Positions 25,676 through 33,882 of a stretch of 64,000 bases of DNA are shown piece after piece. The stretch spans positions 19,334-83,333 of IMG/VR virus record IMGVR_UViG_3300008954_003554. One strand, written 5' to 3'. The DNA is from a virus. Position 1 is the first letter of the stretch, and each line of letters starts with the position of its first letter. The position numbers were made by a program, and so were the translations under genes. The notes below the pieces were generated by a model, which was not told where the DNA came from, did not search any database, and saw only the letters and a list, made by a program, of their open reading frames with translations.

Positions 25676-25701
25676 ACATACACCAACCAAGGAGGCCCAC
25701 A

Positions 25702-25947
25702 GTGGCTATCAGAACTTTCAATTGTCGCTTTAACTCACTGACCACACATACAAAAAAGACGTTCCACGTCCATGTGAAGTGGTGGGCATTTGACGATGAT
25801 CGGCTCAATGCCCGGGGACCGGCGAGGCTGAATGAGGCCAACGTTGAGGTCCGGGCAGGAGATGCCGCGAAAGCCAGGGCACTGGTTGTCCGTGAGTGGA
25901 ACGGTGTATCATCGTTCATCGGCCAGGCCGAAGAGGTGGCAGTATGA
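25702..25947 (+). CDS. hypothetical protein
   Basis: AAGGAGG RBS, GTG start. Confidence 0.65.
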   Translation: MAIRTFNCRFNSLTTHTKKTFHVHVKWWAFDDDRLNARGPARLNEANVEVRAGDAAKARALVVREWNGVSSFIGQAEEVAV

Positions 25948-26043
25948 AGTACTACTGCCCAACTTGCGGATATGCAACAATTCACAGACTGTGGCATCGG
26001 TGCCCAGCTTGTGGTTCTAGTCATCAACCGAAGGAGGTGGCAA

Positions 26044-26349
26044 GTGAAGCTATTCCTGTGGAAGCTTAGTCAAGACGTCAACAATGATTACGACACGTAC
26101 AGCGATGCTGTTGTGGTGTCGAGCAACCCAGTCGCAGCTAAGAGGATCCATCCGAGCGTCGATAGCCAGACAGGTGAGATGATGTTCCGGTGGGTCGAGG
26201 GAGAAGGTTGGCGCTGGACCCATGACGGAGAGCGCTATAGCAATGGCTGCTGGGCTGACCCGAAGGACATTCAGGTCACATGTGTCGGTGAGGCAGCTGA
26301 CTGGTTAGGTGAGGGTGCAGTGGTTTGTCGGTCCTTTCATGCTGGGTGA
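26044..26349 (+). CDS. hypothetical phage protein (YDTYSDAVV motif)
   Basis: AAGGAGG RBS before GTG 26044; ends VVCRSFHAG. Confidence 0.7.
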   Translation: MKLFLWKLSQDVNNDYDTYSDAVVVSSNPVAAKRIHPSVDSQTGEMMFRWVEGEGWRWTHDGERYSNGCWADPKDIQVTCVGEAADWLGEGAVVCRSFHAG

Positions 26350-26350
26350 C

Positions 26351-26379
26351 GTGCAATTCTCACATCCCCGTGGTATAAT
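26351..26379 (+). promoter_or_regulatory. early-type promoter
   Basis: GTGCAA-N17-TATAAT. Confidence 0.75.
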
Positions 26380-26402
26380 ATAGAAGTAATCAAGGAGATT
26401 CC

Positions 26403-26858
26403 ATGAACTTCACCGCTCGCGAAAACAGCCTCCTCTCCAACACCGACGTCCTGGGTTACATCCAGGCGAAGAACGCCGAGCGCGACGCGCAGGCGAAGGC
26501 CGAGGGCTGGGAGTTCTGGACACTGATGCCTGAAGGTAATCTGTTCGTGGCGGAGTTCGCCAACGTCTATGAGCTGGAGATGCGCTACGCTCGCGGCACC
26601 TACAGCGACGTGTACAAGGAGTGGTGCGGCATCCGCCCGTCCATCCCGCAGGGTCTGACCCTGACTCAGCTGGAGGCAGAGATCGAGCAGCTGTCCGAGA
26701 TGGCAGCTGAGTCCCACAAGGCGGACCTTGAGTGGCAGGCCGAGATGGACCGCCAGGATCGTGAGGCTATCGCGATGGGTCTGGCTGAGCCGACCGAGGA
26801 GACAGAGTTGGAGCAGTGGGAAATCTATGAGGCGAAAGCCGAAGCGGAGGGATACTAA
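26403..26858 (+). CDS. acidic hypothetical phage protein (YSDVYKExxGIRP motif)
   Basis: AAGGAG RBS; strong GC3 bias. Confidence 0.8.
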   Translation: MNFTARENSLLSNTDVLGYIQAKNAERDAQAKAEGWEFWTLMPEGNLFVAEFANVYELEMRYARGTYSDVYKEWCGIRPSIPQGLTLTQLEAEIEQLSEMAAESHKADLEWQAEMDRQDREAIAMGLAEPTEETELEQWEIYEAKAEAEGY

Positions 26859-26859
26859 G

Positions 26860-27048
26860 ATGGAGGAATCTATGCATCGTATTTATGTTGCCTGGGAGGG
26901 AGGTTACTTTGTTACCTCTCTTAACAACTCGAACTTTCATGCCGACCTTCAAGAGATGGTTGCAGATCTAGGACCACCTACTACGGTGGAGTTTCGGCAT
27001 ACGGACGAAGGTTGGTATGTAGAACCAGAGGAAGAGGAGAAGTCGTGA
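26860..27048 (+). CDS. hypothetical protein
   Basis: GGAGG RBS. Confidence 0.6.
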   Translation: MEESMHRIYVAWEGGYFVTSLNNSNFHADLQEMVADLGPPTTVEFRHTDEGWYVEPEEEEKS

Positions 27049-27212
27049 CCAAGTATCAAGTACACTATGAGAAGGCAACCTGCAAAGGTATCAAGCGTGG
27101 CATACGCACAGTCAAGGCTCGCAATGAGGCTGAGGCTAAGCTGAAGGTGGCCTCTGTGGTTGATGGAAGCTTTGGTCACTGGGTTAACCGGCTCGCAAAC
27201 GAGGCGCTATAA
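27045..27212 (+). CDS. small basic hypothetical protein
   Basis: GAGGAG RBS; GTGA overlap. Confidence 0.6.
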   Translation: MTKYQVHYEKATCKGIKRGIRTVKARNEAEAKLKVASVVDGSFGHWVNRLANEAL

Positions 27213-27215
27213 ATA

Positions 27216-27578
27216 ATGAAAAGAACTAGACGCGATACGGTCAGGAGACTCTACAGGGAAGCGATCCTTGAGTACTTCGGGGAGTCAGACCACCTAAGGG
27301 AGGCAGTAAAGAGAGATGTGCACTGCGCTAACAAGGCTCCAGGGGAGTGGGTAGGTGCTCACGGTGTCCTAGAGATCTACTGTGAGGGAGGGATCCCGAA
27401 TGCTTCAGATATAATCGAGCCAGGCTGGTACGGCCTCGAAGGCCCTACACACTATAACAGCGACACCTGGGCCAAGGTAGATGACTGGGTGAATCTGGGA
27501 CTAGCTGCTCTCGGCAAGACAGATCGTGTCCACCACGAGCCCTGGAACAGTGCAGTGATCGGGGTCTACTGGTCCTAA
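27216..27578 (+). CDS. hypothetical protein
   Basis: GAGG RBS; last gene of the GC-rich block. Confidence 0.7.
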   Translation: MKRTRRDTVRRLYREAILEYFGESDHLREAVKRDVHCANKAPGEWVGAHGVLEIYCEGGIPNASDIIEPGWYGLEGPTHYNSDTWAKVDDWVNLGLAALGKTDRVHHEPWNSAVIGVYWS

Positions 27579-27579
27579 C

Positions 27580-27785
27580 ATCCTAGACCCAGGGACCCAG
27601 GGCCCTTCTACAGGGCCTTCATACAGGGCCCTATTTCTGTGCATCTAGCTCGGATAGGGGCCTAGGGCCCCCCTCAAAAAAGGGCTAAAAAGAGCCCTAT
27701 AGAGCCCCAGGGGGTAGGGGCCCCCCAGGGCCCCCGGCAGGCTCAGTGGGCCCTCTGGGGCCTCCTGGAGGGGGCTAAGGCTCTT
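27580..27785. repeat. non-coding GGGCCC/G-C tract repeat cluster
   Basis: Six exact GGGCCC plus GGGCCT/GAGCCC variants in ~200 bp. Confidence 0.75.
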
Positions 27786-27814
27786 AACCGATCACGACAA
27801 ATTTCCAAAAACTT

Positions 27815-28003
27815 CTAGTCAGCTTCCTGGTTTCCTGTGCTGAAGTCTCTTGGTTCGTACAGCTCTATAGTTTCAGACACGTGGTTATTACTGGTCATTG
27901 CACCAGCAGCACCCATCTTGATTAGAACATAGATGGTAAACATTGCTCCTGCTAGGGCCCACGCCATTGCAACTACCAAGGGATGTTCATCACTATGATT
28001 CAT
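27815..28003 (-). CDS. small membrane protein
   Basis: Single hydrophobic helix; weak RBS. Confidence 0.45.
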   Translation of the reverse strand: MNHSDEHPLVVAMAWALAGAMFTIYVLIKMGAAGAMTSNNHVSETIELYEPRDFSTGNQEAD

Positions 28004-28152
28004 CGTACGGCAATAAGTATTACTCCCAGAAGAAAGAAGCTAAAATCTGGGCTGGAATCAAAAAGGAAAAGCTCATTTTTTGTCAAAAATTTCCGGAGAA
28101 AATTTAAAAACCATTCCATATGTATAAAGGATCATCATCAGGAGACAAAGGG

Positions 28153-28638
28153 ATGAGAGTTACTCGCAAGCAGTTAAGAAAAATAATCCGGGAAGAATCC
28201 TTCAGGGCACTTAGGGAGCAAACAGCACCTGAGCCCCCAGAGCCAGGAGAGGAAGATGAAGAAGATGAAGAGAGAGACTATGGAGACAGCCGAGCCGGAC
28301 GACCAGACCCGAAAGCTGTCCCCTGGAGGAAAATTACTGAAGAGATGGCTGGACAGGGCGGTAAGCTCGTTGCCATGGACAAGGGTTCCGGTCTTGGACA
28401 GGTTTACTTTTTTGGTGTTGGAGATCACCCCCCGAAAGGGTGGCCAGTCAAAATGCTCATGCGAGTAAAGAATGAAAAAGGACAAAGTGCCAAGGAGCTT
28501 GGAATAGAGATACGAAGGGTCGGAAGTGCTGTAAGTGGAAATAAGAATGTGAAGCTCGGTCGAGCAAGCACAGACTTTGAGATGGTTTCAGATGCTGAGC
28601 TTATCTTTGTTGCTTACAATGCAAATGCAGACTTCTAA
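28153..28638 (+). CDS. tag-family protein (MRVTRKQLRKIIREE...LREQ)
   Basis: AGGAG RBS; tag; acidic linker. Confidence 0.8.
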   Translation: MRVTRKQLRKIIREESFRALREQTAPEPPEPGEEDEEDEERDYGDSRAGRPDPKAVPWRKITEEMAGQGGKLVAMDKGSGLGQVYFFGVGDHPPKGWPVKMLMRVKNEKGQSAKELGIEIRRVGSAVSGNKNVKLGRASTDFEMVSDAELIFVAYNANADF

Positions 28639-28646
28639 GGTTAAAA

Positions 28647-29195
28647 ATGAAAATTACACGTAGACAGCTAAGAATGCTTATTGAAAAAGTTCTAAGAGAG
28701 CAGACCGCCTCTGTCTCACCTTCACAGGCCCAAATCGAAAAGAACCTTGAGAAGTTGGCGAAGGGCCCTCCCGTGCTCACCCATCTGGGGACGGATCCCG
28801 GAAAAGAGAGCGTTTTCGACAAAGTCTCAGATGATGAATTTCCCAAGCAGATGGCCGGGGTATTGGCACTTGAAATGATAAAGTCTACCAGAAAGACAAA
28901 GAGAGCTGCACGGAAAGCAGGTGTTGATAGGGTGGCTGATTTCTATGATGGAATAGAGCTACTAAGGACCGATGATTCTCGAGGGCAAGGGGTAACAGAG
29001 CTTGTGTACACTGTCGACTTAGGGGACCAGACTCTCAAGGACGCATGGGTAGATAGTTACAATAAGTTCAATTCAAGTGCCCTGGATAGAATAATGCGTA
29101 ATCATGACAAGACAGGTCAATATTCTGTCGGAAGCTTTGGGAACGCTGATGGGACTGCTATCCAGATCGGAATCATTGACAGCCAGACAAAGTAA
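28647..29195 (+). CDS. tag-family protein (MKITRRQLRMLI...LREQ)
   Basis: Tag motif. Confidence 0.8.
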   Translation: MKITRRQLRMLIEKVLREQTASVSPSQAQIEKNLEKLAKGPPVLTHLGTDPGKESVFDKVSDDEFPKQMAGVLALEMIKSTRKTKRAARKAGVDRVADFYDGIELLRTDDSRGQGVTELVYTVDLGDQTLKDAWVDSYNKFNSSALDRIMRNHDKTGQYSVGSFGNADGTAIQIGIIDSQTK

Positions 29196-29264
29196 GTCAA
29201 TTTAACTCATAAGTTTTAATACCATTAGAATACATATAATAGTCATTGATCAGGAGACAGAGAG

Positions 29265-29534
29265 ATGAAAATCACAAGAAGCCGGCTAAGAAAGATTATA
29301 CTTGAAACAGTAGTTAATGAAGGTGATTCAGGTGCCGGAAGAGGTAAGATTCTGAATGCCATAGAAGATGTATATGGAGTCGATCAGCAAGAGGCCCAGC
29401 AGATATGGGCTACTGTACCGGAAGATAGGGCTGCGCAAGCAGTCCAGCTTGCATCGTCAGACTGGGTCACAGAAGAACTAGTTGAGTCCATCATCAGAGC
29501 TCTTCAGGAGCGCGGTCATCTTCGTAGAAGCTAG
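29265..29534 (+). CDS. tag-family protein (MKITRSRLRKIILE)
   Basis: AGGAG RBS; tag. Confidence 0.8.
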   Translation: MKITRSRLRKIILETVVNEGDSGAGRGKILNAIEDVYGVDQQEAQQIWATVPEDRAAQAVQLASSDWVTEELVESIIRALQERGHLRRS

Positions 29535-29568
29535 GACCAGGTCAATTTAAAAATTTCTTTAAGAAATT

Positions 29569-29597
29569 TTGTAAACTTCCCTCAGATATAGTAGAAT
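29569..29597 (+). promoter_or_regulatory. early-type promoter
   Basis: TTGTAA-N17-TAGAAT. Confidence 0.55.
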
Positions 29598-29656
29598 TTA
29601 ATATTGGATCGGTCATCGGTCCAATTTTTTATGCTTATATACAAGGAGAAAAAAGC

Positions 29657-29896
29657 ATGTCATTTACCAAGTCAAAGTCCACGAAGCGCTTCAGCTTCGA
29701 TATTAGCCGCAACCTCACTGCAAAGAAGGCCGGTAGCAACACTGTTACCATTGCAACCAACCCGATCGCAGAGGGCCGATACAGTTATGGAGGTACCCAA
29801 CTTACCATGACAGTGCGTGAGGCACAGGCACTTCGTAGCTTTCTCAATGAGAATCTTACCCCGGTAAGCTACGACAGCGGCGAAGGAATTGGCTAG
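29657..29896 (+). CDS. small hypothetical protein, monocistronic
   Basis: AAGGAG RBS; own promoter and terminator. Confidence 0.75.
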   Translation: MSFTKSKSTKRFSFDISRNLTAKKAGSNTVTIATNPIAEGRYSYGGTQLTMTVREAQALRSFLNENLTPVSYDSGEGIG

Positions 29897-29915
29897 CATC
29901 AAGACTTAGTCATCT

Positions 29916-29946
29916 AAAAGGCCTGGCTAGACACCAGGCCTTTTTT
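29916..29946 (+). terminator. intrinsic terminator
   Basis: AAAAGGCCTGG-loop-CCAGGCCTTTTTT. Confidence 0.85.
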
Positions 29947-30007
29947 ATTTTTAAAATCAGCATCTAAGTGATAGTTATAAATGTGACTAACGCAAATAGG
30001 AGAAAAA

Positions 30008-30499
30008 ATGCGTAAACTTAAGATTAATGAGCTAAGACAGCTAATCAAAGAGGAGGCCGACACCGACGAAGAGGGTGAGGAGGGCAGCGAGGCTGTTGAT
30101 GAGCAACATCAACCCAGAGCTGGCAAGTTTAAGACACCAGCTGAGTACATCGCCAGCGGTCACGAGGACACCTTTCTTGAAGTCACCGGACGCCTCATGG
30201 GATACAAGAAGCTCTGGGAAGGTACATGGGGCACCAAGGGAGTCGAAGAAATGGCTAAGCAGCAGGCGAGATTCTCCGGTGGCGAACTTAGCTACCATGA
30301 GCTGGATGTAGGTGGCCTGAGATTCTGGCTCACCATAGGAACGGTCCTATCAGATTACCACGACGGCAGCGTCGGCGCTAACGTCATCGAGGAGCTTGAG
30401 TCTGACGGGATCATCGACGGTAGTTTCAGGAGAGTGAGCAGCAACATGGGAATTAGCCTCGTAGCCCTAAACGGTTGGGCTAACAGGGAAGGGATCTAG
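30008..30499 (+). CDS. tag-family protein, paralog of 32279-32710
   Basis: LRQLIKEE; EQHQPR...KTPAEYIASGHE...SDYHDGS...EELE...IDGS. Confidence 0.8.
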   Translation: MRKLKINELRQLIKEEADTDEEGEEGSEAVDEQHQPRAGKFKTPAEYIASGHEDTFLEVTGRLMGYKKLWEGTWGTKGVEEMAKQQARFSGGELSYHELDVGGLRFWLTIGTVLSDYHDGSVGANVIEELESDGIIDGSFRRVSSNMGISLVALNGWANREGI

Positions 30500-30519
30500 G
30501 ACCTTTAAGGCACCAATCA

Positions 30520-30843
30520 ATGAAGATCACGCGGGGACAGCTTAGGCACATACTCCAGGAGGAGATGACACGGGCATTGCGTGAAGACGGTCACACCGAT
30601 ATCCCCTCAGCACAAAGGGCCATGATGACCTCGATGGAGGACGCGACAGACATTTTAAACGCGTTAGCCCATGCTGATGGCGGTCACCACCTGCCCTCCT
30701 GGTGGATGAAGAAGGTGCACTTAGCCGCGGATTACCTTAATGTGACTCGCGATTATCTCGTCACTAAGCCTCATACGGGACAACAAATTTCTGAAGAGGA
30801 GGGTTCCGGTGGATGCGACTGTGGTTGCGGTAACTGCGGCTAG
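30520..30843 (+). CDS. tag-family protein
   Basis: MKITRGQLRHILQEE; LPSWWMKKV..AADYL; C-terminal CDCGCGNC. Confidence 0.8.
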   Translation: MKITRGQLRHILQEEMTRALREDGHTDIPSAQRAMMTSMEDATDILNALAHADGGHHLPSWWMKKVHLAADYLNVTRDYLVTKPHTGQQISEEEGSGGCDCGCGNCG

Positions 30844-31117
30844 ATCCGGCAGCGCAGGTAAGGTCACCCTGCGTAAGCGGGACCTGATTGAATTAATTAA
30901 ATGCGATGTTGTCGATCTCACCGAGGGTGCCTTCCGGGTCGTGCTTGACTCTGACGACGGCGGCACTCTCATTAACGTCATGCTCGAGGATCACGCCAAC
31001 ACGCATGAGATCATGAAAGAGCTGTATCTGGCCTATCCTGGTCAGCGCCTGGTAATCACCAAGGTCCCACTTGGGTGGTTAAAGGTGTTTATGCCATTAA
31101 ATAGCCACAGAGACTGA
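30809..31117 (+). CDS. hypothetical protein
   Basis: GAGGAGG upstream; 102 aa. Confidence 0.55.
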   Translation: MDATVVAVTAARSGSAGKVTLRKRDLIELIKCDVVDLTEGAFRVVLDSDDGGTLINVMLEDHANTHEIMKELYLAYPGQRLVITKVPLGWLKVFMPLNSHRD

Positions 31118-31172
31118 TTTTGAGCGTGTAGTTTCAATTCTCGATCATATTTATTACATGAGGGGTATCGCC

Positions 31173-31523
31173 GTGAGAATCACATTGCAAGAGCTACGTC
31201 AAATAATCTCTGCGGAGATCAGTGGGCTAAGTGAGGATATGAGGACACCCGAATTCATGAGTATGACGCAGGGTGCGAGACTCGGGGGATCGGAGGAATC
31301 CGAAGTGGAGCAAGAGGTCTCTCTTGCGACGCTCGGAGAAAGAGTTCTATTGGGTCTTTTTGGCATTAGGGGATCTCTTGAGACAGTATTATCTGAGATT
31401 GAGGATATGGCTAACCACCACGAATCACAGTCTCGGGGTCTAGAGATGCAATTTGCTGATAGTCATGCGGAACTAGCCATGGTTTTATCAAATCTTGAGC
31501 AAGCAATTGATAGGATGAAGTGA
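31173..31523 (+). CDS. tag-family protein (MRITLQELRQII)
   Basis: GAGGGG RBS before GTG 31173. Confidence 0.7.
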   Translation: MRITLQELRQIISAEISGLSEDMRTPEFMSMTQGARLGGSEESEVEQEVSLATLGERVLLGLFGIRGSLETVLSEIEDMANHHESQSRGLEMQFADSHAELAMVLSNLEQAIDRMK

Positions 31524-31725
31524 GGGGAATGATATGGAAAGAATAAAAAAAATTTTTCGAAACCTGAATTCAAAAATGGAGTGGCGAGGTATCACACCCA
31601 ACGATATTATGATGTCAATTTTTTCTCTGGGAGTCCTGGCTGGTTTTATTTTTTGGATTGCGATAGGCTTTTTATCCCAGACATAATATTTAATCCTATA
31701 TCACTAACACACGGGAGATGTAACA

Positions 31726-32253
31726 GTGAAAAACTTAACCAAAAAAGGTCTTCAAAAATTGATTCTTCAAGAGGCCAAGAAACTTAATAGTAAAAAAAGA
31801 GCCCTCAACGAATCGGTCTTGATTGATAATAGCAGGGGAAGTAGAAAAAATCTTAGAACAATGATTCTCAGAGAGGCCAAAAAGATGGGTATCGTTGATG
31901 CACCCAAAGAAAACTGGCCCAGGCCTGGTGACAAAGTATCAGATATTGCAAATAAGGCTGAGTTCTCTAAGATGAAGGTTGACAAGGAAGCAGCGAAGCT
32001 CGTTTCTCACAGCTGTGCCAATCACGTCCTGATGGAATCACCTGGTGATCAGAAGACTCACGGTATTTCAGAAAAACACTCCCTTGGAACCTGTGTCTGG
32101 CACTCACTCAACGAATCAGGTCACGTCTCCCATTACGATGTTCGATTTGGTGATAAGGTTGTCAAGAACATCCCGGCTAGCAGACTAATCGTAATATCTG
32201 AAAGAAGCCATCAACATGAAACCCGTTCAAAAAGAAAGTCTAAGAAAAGCTAA
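31726..32253 (+). CDS. tag-family protein with a duplicated tag and a His-rich C-terminal domain
   Basis: LTKKGLQKLILQEA and SRKNLRTMILREA; HSCANHV, WHSL, HYDV. Confidence 0.8.
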   Translation: MKNLTKKGLQKLILQEAKKLNSKKRALNESVLIDNSRGSRKNLRTMILREAKKMGIVDAPKENWPRPGDKVSDIANKAEFSKMKVDKEAAKLVSHSCANHVLMESPGDQKTHGISEKHSLGTCVWHSLNESGHVSHYDVRFGDKVVKNIPASRLIVISERSHQHETRSKRKSKKS

Positions 32254-32278
32254 ATTTCAGAAAACTATAGGAAAAAAA

Positions 32279-32710
32279 ATGAAAATTTCAATGAATCAAC
32301 TTAAGAGCATCATCAGAGAGGAATCATCTCGAATGAGAGAGCAGCACCAACCCAGGTCAGGAGGAGGAAAAACCGCGGCTGAGTACATCTCCGGAGGACA
32401 TGAGGGCGTATTTATGGAGGTAATGGGAGCTCTCGCTGCATGTGATAAAATATGGGATTGGGTCGAAGGGCAGGTAAGCAACTATGCAAGAATTAATCAG
32501 GGTCCAGTGTCTACTAGCAGCGGTACAGATTATCATGACATTTTAGTTGTTGGGGCAGTCTGCAGTGATTACTTTGACGGTAGTTCAGGTGCAAAAACTT
32601 TTGAGGAGCTTGAAGCGGACAATAAGATTGACGGCTCCTGGAGAAAAGCAGCAGCTAGCGATGGGTTTAGCCTGATGTGGGCCAACGGAATTAAACAGAA
32701 GAATTGTTAA
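32279..32710 (+). CDS. tag-family protein, paralog of 30008-30499
   Basis: MKISMNQLKSIIREE..MREQHQPR...KTAAEYISGGHE. Confidence 0.8.
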   Translation: MKISMNQLKSIIREESSRMREQHQPRSGGGKTAAEYISGGHEGVFMEVMGALAACDKIWDWVEGQVSNYARINQGPVSTSSGTDYHDILVVGAVCSDYFDGSSGAKTFEELEADNKIDGSWRKAAASDGFSLMWANGIKQKNC

Positions 32711-32741
32711 ATAAATAGTTTGATTATTTTTTAAACTTTTC

Positions 32742-32770
32742 TTGTAAATCGTATCACATAGTGGTATAAT
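32742..32770 (+). promoter_or_regulatory. early-type promoter
   Basis: TTGTAA-N17-TATAAT with TG extension. Confidence 0.75.
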
Positions 32771-32825
32771 AAAAGAGTTCTAAATAAGTAGAGCTCTTTT
32801 TCTTTTAATAAAAAAGGATTTAAAT

Positions 32826-33359
32826 ATGCTTAATGCAAAATCAATCGTTCTCCTCTCCCTTCTTCCTCTCACCCTCGTTGCATGTGAAGGCGACTATGAC
32901 GAAAGTATTTCTTTTCCAGAAGATGCCCTTTCTGATACGAGCTCTTTTGAAACAGATGACGATGTTGTTTTCGATACTTCTCCAAGCACCCCGGATCATC
33001 CGTTTGGTCGATCTCCGATCATGACAGAAGATTTTGATAAATTTGGGGTCTGTTATTCTGAGGCACAGAGTGATCAGGCAGATTTTTTCAATAGCGGTAC
33101 ACCCTGTATTGACGGGATGGTGGCGTTGATTAGTGGCCGAGGCTGTCCCGAGGTTGTCTATGAGGATAACGAGGATGGCACACACAGTATTTACTGCACC
33201 ACTGAGCCGACATGCGATGTGGTCCACAGTGATGGTTATCTTGCTATTCCAAATAGCCTTGACTGGAGTGATTTTGGAAATCGGAGCCAGATGATGTGTC
33301 AAGATAATAATGTTACTCTTGTTTATTTTTCAAACAAGTCTAGTGTTATTGATCAATAG
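32826..33359 (+). CDS. Cys-rich lipoprotein
   Basis: Signal peptide with LVAC lipobox; acidic linker; six further Cys. Confidence 0.75.
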   Translation: MLNAKSIVLLSLLPLTLVACEGDYDESISFPEDALSDTSSFETDDDVVFDTSPSTPDHPFGRSPIMTEDFDKFGVCYSEAQSDQADFFNSGTPCIDGMVALISGRGCPEVVYEDNEDGTHSIYCTTEPTCDVVHSDGYLAIPNSLDWSDFGNRSQMMCQDNNVTLVYFSNKSSVIDQ

Positions 33360-33378
33360 ATCTTAAAAATTATTTTTT

Positions 33379-33403
33379 AAGCCCGCAATTTGCGGGCTTT
33401 TTT
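33379..33403 (+). terminator. intrinsic terminator
   Basis: AAGCCCGCA-loop-TGCGGGCTTTTTT. Confidence 0.85.
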
Positions 33404-33514
33404 ATTGCTCTGTATCAGCTCTGTTTGACACGAGAGTCCTGGCTTGATAATCTAATCATTATAGCACCTAAGATGCAATAGAGTTCAAGCTAGATACTAC
33501 AGATAGTTATTGGT

Positions 33515-33859
33515 ATGAGTTCTATACTCTTGCCAAACCAACCCTTTAAACTTGTTATCAGCATGGAGGGGGTCAACCCAACAGCAGATGGTTTTGCAAC
33601 ATTTTCATGGTTTGGGAAAAGAATGAAACTATATGAAAAAGTTGATCTTGATACCTACCCGTCTATGAAAGACTTTAAAGGGAATAGTTTTTATTTTGAT
33701 ATTGGGACGGTAGGGACCGTCGTTAGACTTGTAGGTCGACCAGACAAGATAAAAAAAGATCCAATCTGGTGCAAATTTGATCTATATGAAGTTCTAATTG
33801 GAGGAAAAATTATTCAGATGTTTAGACAAAACATGGAACCAATAAGTTATCATATATAG
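33515..33859 (+). CDS. hypothetical protein (SH3-like C-terminus)
   Basis: ATAGTTATT immediately upstream (leaderless-like). Confidence 0.65.
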   Translation: MSSILLPNQPFKLVISMEGVNPTADGFATFSWFGKRMKLYEKVDLDTYPSMKDFKGNSFYFDIGTVGTVVRLVGRPDKIKKDPIWCKFDLYEVLIGGKIIQMFRQNMEPISYHI

Positions 33860-33882
33860 TTATATAAGCTAAGAGGCACTTA

